20,000 nt of DNA, taken from an uncultured virus (IMG/VR IMGVR_UViG_3300001919_000065). Taxonomy: Duplodnaviria; Heunggongvirae; Uroviricota; Caudoviricetes. The notes under the pieces were generated by a model that was not told where the DNA came from, did not search any database, and saw only the letters and a program-made list of their open reading frames with translations. Where the stretch lies: IMG/VR virus record IMGVR_UViG_3300001919_000065; one strand, given 5' to 3'. Positions 1 to 9,197 of the stretch are shown piece by piece; position 1 is the stretch's first letter, and the number at the start of each line of letters is the position of its first letter. The translations under genes and the position numbers were made by a program.

Positions 1-15
1 CGCATTTGATGCTCC

Positions 16-45
16 ATTCTTGTCATAAAATTACCAGTATGTCAA
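16..45 (-). promoter_or_regulatory. Putative sigma70-like promoter firing toward the gene beyond the left edge (probably major capsid)
   Basis: Minus strand reads TTGACA (45-40), 18 nt, AAGAAT (21-16), just after the scaffold stop codon. Perfect -35 but weak -10 and long spacer. Confidence 0.5.
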
Positions 46-55
46 GGAAAATTTA

Positions 56-1276
56 TTATAATCCGAAGGCACTACCGATAATGTCCCCGACTGCGGTCGG
101 CCCGGCGGGTGGCTGGGTCTCCGGAGCTTTGGAGCTACCACTGTTAGCGGAGGGGCGGGCCTTGCGGAGTTTGGCCACCTTCACGTTGAGAGCCTCGATT
201 GTCGCGCGAGCATCTGCCAGTTCCTTAACCATGAGTTCGGCCAGTGCGCCGTCCATGAAGGAACCATTATTTATCTTGTGAGCAAGATGGCGGGCATGCT
301 TCACATTCTCTTCGGTAATCTCCGTGGTCATGCCCAGTTCCTTGGCGCGTTCCTTCATCGCTTCCAACGTGTAGTTGTCGAGATTGACGGTGTAGGTCCC
401 GGCCTCCGACTTGCCGCCGCGGCTGGCTTTCAACTCTTCCACATACTTGTCGGCTTCGGCCTGATAGTTTCCGTGGGCGACAATGGCCGCGTCGCGGACC
501 TTAGCCATGCGGACAAATTTGAACATGGCAGAATCGCTGATGCCCAGTTCCTTCCCAATGGCCTCATACGCTTCTTCCCGGTCGTACTCGTCGAGGTCGG
601 GATTAAGGGCAACTTCATTCAGCTTGTCCATGTCGAGGGAGGCTCCGCTCGCGCGGGCAATCTCCACAAGTTTGGCGTTAGCCTTATTGTACGGGGCAGT
701 TACATTGGTCTTGTATTCTTCGGTTGCGGTGAAGGCATAGCCACGTACAATTTCTCGCAGAGATTCAAGCTCTTCATTGCTTGACGTGGACTTACCCGCT
801 TCTTCCAGCTTGGCCTTCAAGTCCGCGATTTCTTTCTTCGCGCCCCTCAACTGGACGCGCATTTCAGCGAATGCCTTGCTCGCCGCCTTGCTAGCCCGTT
901 GTTCCTTCGGCCCATCATCTTTCTTTTCTTCCTTCTTCCCTTCTTCGTTTTCTTCCTCTTCGTTTTCTTCCTCTTCGTTTTCCCCCTCTTCGTTCTGTTC
1001 TTCCTCGGTTTCCTCGGATTCCGTGTCATCCGAGGGAACCGGGGTTCCCGTGGTATTGACTACTTCATCATCCGCGATGCGGGGGCCAGCATCTGGCATG
1101 ACTACCGTACCGTCCGGGGATTCAATGGGAGCCGTGGGGTTAGCGGGATTGGTGGGTTGAGTGGAATCCGTGGAATCCGGGGCGAACAGGGTCTGTTCGA
1201 AAATGTTATGTATGTCGTTGTGAATAGCACCATCTATGATGCCCTCCGCTACTGCGGGAATATTTACGTTGTCCAT
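56..1276 (-). CDS. Probable capsid scaffolding/assembly protein
   Basis: 406 aa with an acidic Pro/Glu-rich disordered N-terminus, coiled-coil segments (FAEMRVQLRGAKKEIADLKAKLEE; ELADARATIEALNVKVAKLRK), and a position two genes downstream of the portal. Confidence 0.6.
   Translation of the reverse strand: MDNVNIPAVAEGIIDGAIHNDIHNIFEQTLFAPDSTDSTQPTNPANPTAPIESPDGTVVMPDAGPRIADDEVVNTTGTPVPSDDTESEETEEEQNEEGENEEEENEEEENEEGKKEEKKDDGPKEQRASKAASKAFAEMRVQLRGAKKEIADLKAKLEEAGKSTSSNEELESLREIVRGYAFTATEEYKTNVTAPYNKANAKLVEIARASGASLDMDKLNEVALNPDLDEYDREEAYEAIGKELGISDSAMFKFVRMAKVRDAAIVAHGNYQAEADKYVEELKASRGGKSEAGTYTVNLDNYTLEAMKERAKELGMTTEITEENVKHARHLAHKINNGSFMDGALAELMVKELADARATIEALNVKVAKLRKARPSANSGSSKAPETQPPAGPTAVGDIIGSAFGL
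942..1001. repeat. Imperfect 15-bp tandem repeat (4 copies) encoding the Glu/Asn-rich tract of the scaffold
   Basis: TCTTCGTTTTCTTCC x2, then TCTTCGTTTTCCCCC and TCTTCGTTCTGTTCT; encodes EEQNEEGENEEEENEEEENEE. Confidence 0.85.
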
Positions 1277-1283
1277 CTATGTA

Positions 1284-1601
1284 TTACCTGTTGGGTGAAA
1301 GTGAGTTAATCCAAGCGTTACGCTCGGTCATGGGATGATTCATCATAGTTACCGGGGATTCGGTTTCTTCATTCTCTTCGGCCAGATTGAAAAGAGCGGC
1401 GATGACGGATTTGGCCCCTGCCGCGAAAGCCCCGTTTAATGCGGCGGCTTCCATTGTGGGCTGTAATGTCGCATTGAGTTTTGACTGAACAATGCAGAGA
1501 GCTTCTTCCATTACCGGGTCATGCAGGAGTTCAGCAAGGCGGCCAGTCGCCGCCTTGTTGCTTTTGAACCCTTCGACAGTGTAGGTAGGAACTGCCTTCA
1601 T
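1284..1601 (-). CDS. Small hypothetical protein between portal and scaffold
   Basis: 105 aa; ATGA overlap with the portal stop codon (1598-1601); position typical of small head-module accessory genes. Confidence 0.75.
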   Translation of the reverse strand: MKAVPTYTVEGFKSNKAATGRLAELLHDPVMEEALCIVQSKLNATLQPTMEAAALNGAFAAGAKSVIAALFNLAEENEETESPVTMMNHPMTERNAWINSLSPNR

Positions 1602-3868
1602 CGTGCACCTCCCAGCGATTGAGCCGCTTTAGCATTGGCTTCTACGGCGTTACGAGTAATCTCGGCATCCTGCTTTTCCTTAGCCAACTGGATTTCAGCT
1701 TCCGTCTTCATGCGCTTCAATTCAATTTCGGCTTCGGCTTTCATCTGTTCAGGAGTAGGTCCTTCTTGGGGAGCCGCTTCTTCGTTCTGTTGCATCGCTT
1801 CCAAGGCCCGCATGCCGTTGGTAATAACCTCGTTGCACCTCTTGACCAGTTTCTCGTACTGTTCAAATTCGGGGACAACTTCCTTGGCGGCCTGCAAATA
1901 GTCCATGTGTCCTGCCAACTGGGCGACCAGAAGCTGTAGAGGTTGAGCTAGCTGGGCCATCTCTTCGGGTTCCAGCTGTGCGTCCGGTAGCATGGACATG
2001 ATGAAGTTGGCATGCACTTCCGCGTGCGTCCTGTGGTCCTCGTTCGGCATAACCGGAACTTCCTGACCTGCCATGAGCTGGTTGTTCTGGATGGATGCGA
2101 TAGAGGCGGCCACGGTTTCGGACGGGTTGGGGTCATCCTTCAACGGCATGAACAACTGCGCGGTGCGTCCATTCGTTTCATTGGCAATGGCCATGCGGAT
2201 GAGACGTTCCTGCCCAGCTCGTGGCATGAACTGCATGTAGTTGAGACACTGACGGAGAGCCATTGTACGGCGAACCTTACTGCCCGCACCGATAGGCGGG
2301 AGAGCGGTAACGCTGTCAAGGTCGATAGCGAAGAAGGCATCCCTTGGCACACCTGCTTCGTCCAGACGTTGGAGCATGCGTTCACGTTCCTTAAACCCGC
2401 CAATCCCTTCATCGTAGTCCTTGCGGATGATACGGCGAACGATTTCACGGAGAAGGATGGTCATGTGCTCCAAGAGCATATCCATGATGTTATTGCTGAC
2501 CTTGCTCGCATTGCCCATACGGATTTCAGCTTCCAGCTGGGTGCGGCCCATGCCTCCATCAGCATTCACGTCAATCTCGCCCAAGCGTTCCCGGATTTGG
2601 TTCTGCAAGAATGCGAGGGGAGTTCCAGCAACTTGTTGCAGATTCGGTACGGGATTAGGAACCACTTGCGTTGACGGGTCCAAAATGGTATAGGCCCCCA
2701 TCGGGTTCACCATTGCGGAGAGACGGGAGGTTTCATTGGTGGCAGAGACGTTCAGAGCCATGCCGAGGAACGCCGCGTCCGTCGCTTGGTTCATCAACTT
2801 GTCAATGACACGAGTGTGAGGCAGAAGGTCATTGCCATATCCGCGAAGGGCATGAATATCTCCATTGGTGCTACTACCCAGCGGGAAGAGGACGAACGCT
2901 TCTTCCATAGAGTTGTAGGCTCCTTCCTTGGTGTAGAGGAACTTGGTGTCGTCTACATCACGGTTCTGGTCGCGCTTCACATCCTGACCATTGCCGCCGC
3001 TTCCGTTGACGAAGAAAATGGAATGAGTAACCGTACCGTTGAATTCGCGTACCCACATGTGGGCAATCGGAATACTGGTTCCAATTACGTCGGTCAGGGT
3101 GTAGTCTCCGTTTTTGAGCATCTTCTCGGTCTCCCAAGAAATGCGCTGGGGCTGTACTGTCTGATTGTAACTACAGGTCTTCAACACCTTCATGACCTCT
3201 TCCACATCCCAGCCAGCTTCCCTTGCGGTCTGCGGGTCACGAATGAAATCGTAGAGTTCATGGGCACGAAGGGTACGAGTAGCAAACACAACCTCAAGGG
3301 TGCTACTGTCCGGCTTAACCTTGCGTTCGAACGCGAACTCGTTCAGACTACCTGCCTTGAAGTACCAAGTGTCAGGGTCCTCAAAGTAGGCAAGGCCGAA
3401 GCCGTGGAAGGAGAAGTTGTGAAGAAGGTCTGTCATGATGGAAGTGAATCCCGGCATGGACTTGACCATCTTCGTCACCTCGGTGGAAAGGAGGTCTGAA
3501 TAAATGGGGCGACGAGCATTATCTCCGAAGGTGGTTTGCACCGAAACAAGTTCGGGGTTATCCCACACTTCGCGGAGGCTAGCCGCCACCTTTTCACGAA
3601 CAATCCGCATCGTGCGGAAGTTGTAGTTGGTTCGATAATTCTGACCAACTGCGGAAAGGGCCATTGGGTCATACGGGCGTTGTCCGTCCAGCTCTGCCTG
3701 TGCCTCTGTCCTCGCTTGCATGGATAGCTGGTCAGCGGTGAGGCAGAAGTAGAGCAAGGCGCGGGCTTGGTCAGCGGTCGGAACCCTTCGCTTGAGAAGA
3801 GTTCCGTTCTCGTCAACCACGCCAATAACCCCCGGACCTACGGGAGCATTTGCGTCTGGTTTCGGCAT
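1598..3868 (-). CDS. Portal protein (podovirus/P22-like, long helical C-terminus)
   Basis: 756 aa; downstream of terminase and upstream of scaffold-like gene; C-terminal PNEDHRTHAEVH and Q/E/A-rich coiled coil resemble podoviral portal tails. Confidence 0.75.
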   Translation of the reverse strand: MPKPDANAPVGPGVIGVVDENGTLLKRRVPTADQARALLYFCLTADQLSMQARTEAQAELDGQRPYDPMALSAVGQNYRTNYNFRTMRIVREKVAASLREVWDNPELVSVQTTFGDNARRPIYSDLLSTEVTKMVKSMPGFTSIMTDLLHNFSFHGFGLAYFEDPDTWYFKAGSLNEFAFERKVKPDSSTLEVVFATRTLRAHELYDFIRDPQTAREAGWDVEEVMKVLKTCSYNQTVQPQRISWETEKMLKNGDYTLTDVIGTSIPIAHMWVREFNGTVTHSIFFVNGSGGNGQDVKRDQNRDVDDTKFLYTKEGAYNSMEEAFVLFPLGSSTNGDIHALRGYGNDLLPHTRVIDKLMNQATDAAFLGMALNVSATNETSRLSAMVNPMGAYTILDPSTQVVPNPVPNLQQVAGTPLAFLQNQIRERLGEIDVNADGGMGRTQLEAEIRMGNASKVSNNIMDMLLEHMTILLREIVRRIIRKDYDEGIGGFKERERMLQRLDEAGVPRDAFFAIDLDSVTALPPIGAGSKVRRTMALRQCLNYMQFMPRAGQERLIRMAIANETNGRTAQLFMPLKDDPNPSETVAASIASIQNNQLMAGQEVPVMPNEDHRTHAEVHANFIMSMLPDAQLEPEEMAQLAQPLQLLVAQLAGHMDYLQAAKEVVPEFEQYEKLVKRCNEVITNGMRALEAMQQNEEAAPQEGPTPEQMKAEAEIELKRMKTEAEIQLAKEKQDAEITRNAVEANAKAAQSLGGAR

Positions 3869-3873
3869 ATCTA

Positions 3874-4764
3874 CTATTTGTCAATTTCGTCTTTACCCTC
3901 AACCGCATCAGCCTTCATGGCTTTCTTGGTCTTGGGCTTCACAGGTGCAGGTGTAACAACTTTCGCGCTGGGTGTCAAGTCTTCTGCTTCACTTAAATCC
4001 TCGCGGGCTTTAGTTGCTCCACCTACTTGCTCGGACTGTCCCATCATATTGATAGATTCCGCTTTGATGCTGGCGATAGATACCTCGGCAGGGGTCGTCA
4101 CCGTGACTTCGCCAAGAACTTGGGGAAGCTTAAAGTTGTCCGCGTCGGGGATTTCACCAACGGTGATGAGGTCGTCCCAGTTCTCCACGTTGAAGCACTT
4201 CTCGGTCAGCACCTTGTCAAGGAAGAGACGGAAATGCTGGGAGATGGTGACGTAGGGAACTCGCTGGGGATAGAGCTTCGCCAGCTGGCTGGACATGACG
4301 AAGGTTCCGTCCACGGTGCGAGATTCGTAGGAACCTTCGGTAGCGGGAACGGTGAAGTATTTACCCGCAATAACCGGAGCCTTCTTGCGATAGAACGTTG
4401 CATCCAGCGTATCAATCGCGCCGGGCTTAAACTTTTCATTGCCGCGTTCGGAAACCCAAATGATAGCTCGTTCGTCCGGCGCGTTCTCGTAAGCCAGAGC
4501 CTGTTGCAGTCGGGCGAAGAGATGAGTAACGAGAGCGTAGCTACCCGTGACAGGGGTCAGCAACTCAATCGTGCGAAGGTCCCGGAACTGATTCTTCAAG
4601 ATTTTAATCATGGGTTCAGCGGCGGCCTTGGCCCGGTAAGGGAGCAGGAGCCAAACATCGTGGTCGCCACGGCTGGAAGCCGCAACGCTGTCAATGAGGT
4701 TCTGTGCAATGTTCGCGCCGTTGATAAGGACGCGAGGTTCACAAGGGATTGCTATTGTAGCCAT
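3874..4764 (-). CDS. Hypothetical protein, possibly degenerate GT-A (glycosyltransferase-like) fold with low-complexity C-terminus
   Basis: 296 aa, tightly packed in the operon; alternating beta/alpha pattern (TIAIP, DVWLLL, IIWVSE, PGAIDTLDATFY, PVIAG, DGTFVMS). The function is a tentative guess. Confidence 0.55.
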   Translation of the reverse strand: MATIAIPCEPRVLINGANIAQNLIDSVAASSRGDHDVWLLLPYRAKAAAEPMIKILKNQFRDLRTIELLTPVTGSYALVTHLFARLQQALAYENAPDERAIIWVSERGNEKFKPGAIDTLDATFYRKKAPVIAGKYFTVPATEGSYESRTVDGTFVMSSQLAKLYPQRVPYVTISQHFRLFLDKVLTEKCFNVENWDDLITVGEIPDADNFKLPQVLGEVTVTTPAEVSIASIKAESINMMGQSEQVGGATKAREDLSEAEDLTPSAKVVTPAPVKPKTKKAMKADAVEGKDEIDK

Positions 4765-4770
4765 TGTCGT

Positions 4771-5262
4771 TTATTTTGTTTTGGTTGCTTTGAGGGCGCG
4801 GCGTTCAGCCTGTATGCCCAAGGATGTGTCCGCTTGAGGCGGCAGGATATTGAATGCCCATTCAGTTACCAACTGCTGGAAGAGATACCAGCGGAAGTAG
4901 AGCTGGGATTCGACGAGAGGCTCATACATTAGATAGGAGAAGAAGGGGTACTTTCGAGGACTGCCCGGAGTTAGCGTGAGGGGTCTAGTGAGTGGGGTTT
5001 CCGTACTATTCGAGAATATCTTTGTCCGAAAGTATTTAGGACGCACTCCATGCACCGGGTCAACATCCTTAAAGGCCATCACGTGTGTAGGGTTCGCCCG
5101 GTCGGGGTAGGGGTGCATGACCTCGCCACGTGTAGGCGCAAGCCTCGCGGACTTCCCGTTCACCCACGCAAGGTAGTAGGCACGGTATCTCCATGCTTTT
5201 CCCCACACCTCCTTATCCCGTGCTACCTCATGGAAGACGGCGGCATTCTCACTTATCGCCAT
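4771..5262 (-). CDS. Hypothetical protein (basic, aromatic-rich)
   Basis: 163 aa; start overlaps the end of the upstream gene and stop lies 6 nt before the next start; no recognisable family. Confidence 0.7.
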   Translation of the reverse strand: MAISENAAVFHEVARDKEVWGKAWRYRAYYLAWVNGKSARLAPTRGEVMHPYPDRANPTHVMAFKDVDPVHGVRPKYFRTKIFSNSTETPLTRPLTLTPGSPRKYPFFSYLMYEPLVESQLYFRWYLFQQLVTEWAFNILPPQADTSLGIQAERRALKATKTK

Positions 5263-6013
5263 TGTCGGACGTAGGTTTCAGGTTTTTATCCTCTTGTGCG
5301 TCTGCAAGGTAGTTGACGAAGTTAATGAAGGTAGCCGCGTCAAATTCGGGCAGTTCGTTCTTGTAACTGGCATACGCGCTTGTATTCGCCATTGGGATTG
5401 CGGGCCAAGGTTTATATTCCTTGGTCAGCTTCTCGGCGATGTCGCGCAGGAACTGACTATATTCCTCCGACGGTGCGATGAGGGAAAGGAAAGCGTCTGC
5501 CCCGTCAGGGCTACCGGAGGTCTCTACCTCCCTATCAAACGTCAGCGGGTCGTCCGCGTACTCGACATGGGAGAGCTTGGCATTGTACTTGTTCGTTCTC
5601 TTGACGGCCTTCTTGTACTTCTTCGCGTGTTCGCGAAGCTTGTCAAGGTCATCGAGCCACAGAGGAACCTGTTGCCACCATGAACGCATAGCTTCTACCC
5701 GCAAGCGGATAAGATAGGATGAGCGCATGATTTGGGTCAGGCATCCACAATGGTGTTGCTTGCGCGTTAATTGCAGACGGTTCATCGTGACCACATTCCC
5801 ACATGCACATTGCGCGACATACGGATATCGGACATCATGGGAGTACCCAATGACCGTCAGAATTCCCTGACTATGACCAACAGGCAACGGTTCATCATCT
5901 GTTCCCATATAATCGGGGAACGTTTCTGGGGTCTTCACTTCCTCCGGCAAACCCATAAGGGCTACCGGGGTCCAACGACGGAAGACTTCTTGAATTGATT
6001 CGGGTTTGGACAT
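5249..6013 (-). CDS. Hypothetical protein with a Cys-rich module like the N-terminus of phage HNH/AP2 proteins
   Basis: 254 aa; GILTVIG...QCACGN...L...HCGCL matches the G-x-LTV...CxCG...CGC pattern; no HNH catalytic motif seen; has its own promoter. Confidence 0.7.
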   Translation of the reverse strand: MSKPESIQEVFRRWTPVALMGLPEEVKTPETFPDYMGTDDEPLPVGHSQGILTVIGYSHDVRYPYVAQCACGNVVTMNRLQLTRKQHHCGCLTQIMRSSYLIRLRVEAMRSWWQQVPLWLDDLDKLREHAKKYKKAVKRTNKYNAKLSHVEYADDPLTFDREVETSGSPDGADAFLSLIAPSEEYSQFLRDIAEKLTKEYKPWPAIPMANTSAYASYKNELPEFDAATFINFVNYLADAQEDKNLKPTSDNGDK

Positions 6014-6019
6014 GACCTC

Positions 6020-6047
6020 AATATAGGAGAAAATACGAACTTGTCAA
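6020..6047 (-). promoter_or_regulatory. Sigma70-like promoter, probably leaderless transcript
   Basis: TTGACA (6047-6042), 16 nt, TATATT (6025-6020), 6 nt, ATG at 6013. Confidence 0.75.
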
Positions 6048-6049
6048 TA

Positions 6050-6709
6050 TTATTTTTCGTCAGCTTCGGGCTTTTCGCCCTTCTTCTTGAGCTTCAAGGT
6101 GATGGTACGGGCCGCGCTTCCTTCTTCCAGTTCAGGACGAGTGCCATCCTTGTTCAGAGTTACTGGTCCTCCCTGCAATCCCATCTGCGTCACTATCTCG
6201 GTTTGTTCCAGTTCGAACTGCTGGATAACCTGTGACAGTAGGTCCATGTCGCGCTTCGCAATCGCTTCGTTAAACTTCTCCCACAGACCGTGGCTTCGCT
6301 CCATGATAGAGAGGAAGAGAGGTACATCCTTAATTGATTGTATCTCTGCGTCGGCCATGAAGGAAGCGACACGGGAGAATCCACTGTTCATCAGTTCTTT
6401 GTACTGGCTACTCATGGATTCAACGATGTCAAGCTCTATCTTCGTCCTCGCCTCTTGGCGTTGGAGGATGCGTGCCTGTGTGTTCTGTGTGTACGTATTG
6501 AGAAGTTCATTGCGGATAGCCAGTTCCTCCTTCGAGAGTTGGACGCTATCAACAATCTTATCAACACGTTCACGGGGGAGGCCAGTAACTTCCGAGATGA
6601 CAGGAACCGGGGTCCCTGCCTTGTACATCTCAATGGCCTTCCTTATAACGGTGTTTTCGTTAGTGATTGGTTTGGGGGCGGCTATCTTTGCGGCGGCTCT
6701 TAGGTCCAT
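6050..6709 (-). CDS. HTH-domain protein, candidate terminase small subunit
   Basis: 219 aa; N-terminal HTH-like AIEMYKAGTPVPVISEVTGLPRERVDKIV followed by helical/coiled region; start overlaps the 3' end of terL. Confidence 0.55.
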   Translation of the reverse strand: MDLRAAAKIAAPKPITNENTVIRKAIEMYKAGTPVPVISEVTGLPRERVDKIVDSVQLSKEELAIRNELLNTYTQNTQARILQRQEARTKIELDIVESMSSQYKELMNSGFSRVASFMADAEIQSIKDVPLFLSIMERSHGLWEKFNEAIAKRDMDLLSQVIQQFELEQTEIVTQMGLQGGPVTLNKDGTRPELEEGSAARTITLKLKKKGEKPEADEK

Positions 6710-8538
6710 AGCATGTTCATTGCGGCGGTTACGTCGGAGGCAAAGGTGTCGCGGGCAGGAGCGGGAGCGGGGGCATTGCCTCCGACGAAGCCTCCGAGAT
6801 ACCTGCCAATGTCTGCGGCTTCAATATATGCGGTTCCGTCTTCGCGATATTTGATTACCTCTTGATGTTCTACCACCTTATGGTTCTGAATGTCAAGCCT
6901 AATCTTACCGAACTCCGGCCCCATGATTCCCCGGCACACGTGGACGAGAAGTGCTAGTGCGTCCGCGTTGTCCGGGGATTTATGAATCCGCTTCTTCATG
7001 GCCGCCTTGGGTTCCACGGCAATTCGGGTTCCGTTCATGGTGTAGAGCCGGGATTTAAGCTCGACGATAGTTGTCGGGTCGAGGCCATAAAGTTGGCGAG
7101 CATTGATTGCCAGTTTCATACATCCCCAAAGCTCGGAGACCTTGTTGCTATATTGCTGACATGCCTCCTGATTCTGCAACAGGCCAATGGGCACTTTGCT
7201 CGCCATACCCGCGAAGCTGACCGTCTGGAAGTCCGTGCCGACATGCTGGGCGAGGATGTCGATGAAACCAGTACCTCCGGTTACGTCCACGGCAAGGTAC
7301 TTACTTTCAACCCCGTTGGCCCGGAGAATCTCTCCAACTTGCTGGGCGATGTCGAAGTTCCTTTGCTTCATCCGTTCCTTGTCGGACGTGGATTTAAGGA
7401 GATAGGTACGGAAGACTGCACAAGCCCAGAGGCCCTCGACAGTCCTCCCAACTTTGGCGAGCTTCAAACATGACTGGTCCCCGCCGTTGGTGTAGGCAGG
7501 GTCCAATCCTGCGATGGTAATCAACTCGCCGTCTCCCCAGACGGGCATGGCATCCGCGCCACTGCCGTAAATTTCAGCCTCCGACATTAGCGAACCTTCT
7601 TCCGTATCGTCTGAAAAAGTGGCCCGGTGGAACCGCATCACAAACGGACTATTCTCCCCATACTGTTCAATCGTTTGCTGAACGATGTCCAACGGGGTGT
7701 AGAAGCTCCAATCCTCGCGGCCATATTTGATGCGGGGGTTCTGGGTGTTATCGAAGCGGATGTAAATCCCGTCCTTGGTCTCCCACTCGTATTCCTCAAA
7801 GATGTCAACGCTGTTCCACCCGTCCTTGGGCATAGCCATAACACCAAAGGCATCGGTGCGGCTCTTGGGGTTAGAGGCGGCCATCAGGGTAGGCGGCGTG
7901 TCCGCTCTGTTGGTGATGAGGTTGGTACGCCACACCTCGACGAGTTCAATCGGCAATTCGGAAAGCTCATCGTAAAAGACGTGCATGTTCTTTGCCTTAA
8001 TACCGATAAATCGGCTACTGGGGTCGCCGACGTTCGCGCAGGGGATAATGGAGATGCCGCGGGAATCATCAATATCTCCGTCCTCGTTCACGCCTTTAAT
8101 CTGTCCCTTACCATCAACGAGCTTACCCGGAAATTCCTTGCGCCACAACCGTTTAATATCCTTGAAGATACGTTTCTTCGCACCTTCAATAGTAGTCGAT
8201 GTGACTAGGCAAAGGGTATCGACGGGGTCGGCCAGATAGAAGAGCGTCGCCATGATAGCCATAGATAATGACTTCCCAGAGGACGAGCCTCCACCCATGA
8301 TGACCACATCATATTTGCACGCGGTTTCAATCATCCGTTCAATCCACGGTGTCCAGATAATGGGAGTAGGACTGCCCTTGTAATTCCACAGGAGATTGAT
8401 GGCGTTCTTAGCGTGTCCATACCTGCCCAGCCCTCCCTTCTCTTCGGGCCATGCGTATTTGAAGCACCAGAGTTCGATGTCAAGCTCTGATACTCCGTAC
8501 TCCCATTGTCGTCCGTAGCGGGTAAAGTGTCGTGCCAT
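6700..8538 (-). CDS. terL: Terminase large subunit
   Basis: 612 aa; Walker A GGGSSSGKS, Walker B VFYDELSE, coupling motif ASNP, RNase H-like nuclease residues AGLDPA..GGD, AVDVTG and SPDNADALAL. Confidence 0.92.
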   Translation of the reverse strand: MARHFTRYGRQWEYGVSELDIELWCFKYAWPEEKGGLGRYGHAKNAINLLWNYKGSPTPIIWTPWIERMIETACKYDVVIMGGGSSSGKSLSMAIMATLFYLADPVDTLCLVTSTTIEGAKKRIFKDIKRLWRKEFPGKLVDGKGQIKGVNEDGDIDDSRGISIIPCANVGDPSSRFIGIKAKNMHVFYDELSELPIELVEVWRTNLITNRADTPPTLMAASNPKSRTDAFGVMAMPKDGWNSVDIFEEYEWETKDGIYIRFDNTQNPRIKYGREDWSFYTPLDIVQQTIEQYGENSPFVMRFHRATFSDDTEEGSLMSEAEIYGSGADAMPVWGDGELITIAGLDPAYTNGGDQSCLKLAKVGRTVEGLWACAVFRTYLLKSTSDKERMKQRNFDIAQQVGEILRANGVESKYLAVDVTGGTGFIDILAQHVGTDFQTVSFAGMASKVPIGLLQNQEACQQYSNKVSELWGCMKLAINARQLYGLDPTTIVELKSRLYTMNGTRIAVEPKAAMKKRIHKSPDNADALALLVHVCRGIMGPEFGKIRLDIQNHKVVEHQEVIKYREDGTAYIEAADIGRYLGGFVGGNAPAPAPARDTFASDVTAAMNMLWT

Positions 8539-8539
8539 T

Positions 8540-9055
8540 TTAGATTCTTTCTATATCCCAGTTGTCGAGGGTCAGTGTGTGGTCGTCGTTCAGTTCCCGG
8601 TACGCATACAGTAGAATGAGAAGAGCGTCCGCGTTCTGCAATGTCACCTTCGCGCCGGGGAAGTTCTCCATCGCGATGCGTTTCAGGTTGTTCTTCCACT
8701 TCGTGCGGTCCCGGGCGGTCAGGCCCGTATCATACGCGCCCATAGCCCGCATCCATACGATTGGGGAAACCTTTGTGACGGTGTACCCCGCCGCCGCGGC
8801 GTAACCGAGGACCTTCCCGGTTGCCTCTCCCAATACGCCACTACTTCTCGGATTGGACACCTTGCCGCCTCCGCTCATGGCATAGCTCATCTTCTCAATG
8901 TACATGATACGATGACGGCTACGTGGCAGTTTGTTCAATATGATTTCCAGTTCCCTTTCGTCTTCTGGCATGTGCTTTATCCAGATTTTCTTGCTCCGGG
9001 TGTCCGCGAGTACAAGGGCTCCGTGGGTTCCGGGGTCAACTCCTACTAGTTGCAT
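8540..9055 (-). CDS. RuvC-like Holliday junction resolvase
   Basis: 171 aa; N-terminal VGVDPG..GA, central YIEK, P..W motif and C-terminal ADALLI, typical of phage RuvC-like resolvases. Confidence 0.85.
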   Translation of the reverse strand: MQLVGVDPGTHGALVLADTRSKKIWIKHMPEDERELEIILNKLPRSRHRIMYIEKMSYAMSGGGKVSNPRSSGVLGEATGKVLGYAAAAGYTVTKVSPIVWMRAMGAYDTGLTARDRTKWKNNLKRIAMENFPGAKVTLQNADALLILLYAYRELNDDHTLTLDNWDIERI

Positions 9056-9060
9056 AGGAG

Positions 9061-9089
9061 AATATATCCCACAAAGTCCAGAAGGTCAA
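9061..9089 (-). promoter_or_regulatory. Sigma70-like promoter of the resolvase-terminase unit, probably leaderless
   Basis: TTGACC (9089-9084), 17 nt, TATATT (9066-9061), 5 nt, ATG at 9055. Confidence 0.7.
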
Positions 9090-9093
9090 GCAC

Positions 9094-9128
9094 AAAAATA
9101 AGACGGCCACCCCGGTATGGGATGGCCG
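9094..9128 (-). terminator. Intrinsic (rho-independent) terminator ending the replication block
   Basis: Minus strand CGGCCATCCC-ATACC-GGGGTGGCCG (10-bp stem with one G:U) followed by TCTTATTTTT. Confidence 0.85.
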
Positions 9129-9197
9129 AATGGAACGTGCTCCTTTTTTACCCGCAATGCGGTGCTACGGGATAAACCCGTCAGAGCCGGGAGGGGG

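Noticed and set aside
942..1001. 15-bp tandem repeat as a regulatory or contingency locus
   Set aside because: The in-frame unit simply encodes an acidic low-complexity linker; copy changes would not shift the frame.
3879..3884. Minus-strand TTGACA just upstream of the portal start
   Set aside because: It is within coding sequence (EIDK) and the expected -10 position falls inside the portal gene with no consensus match.
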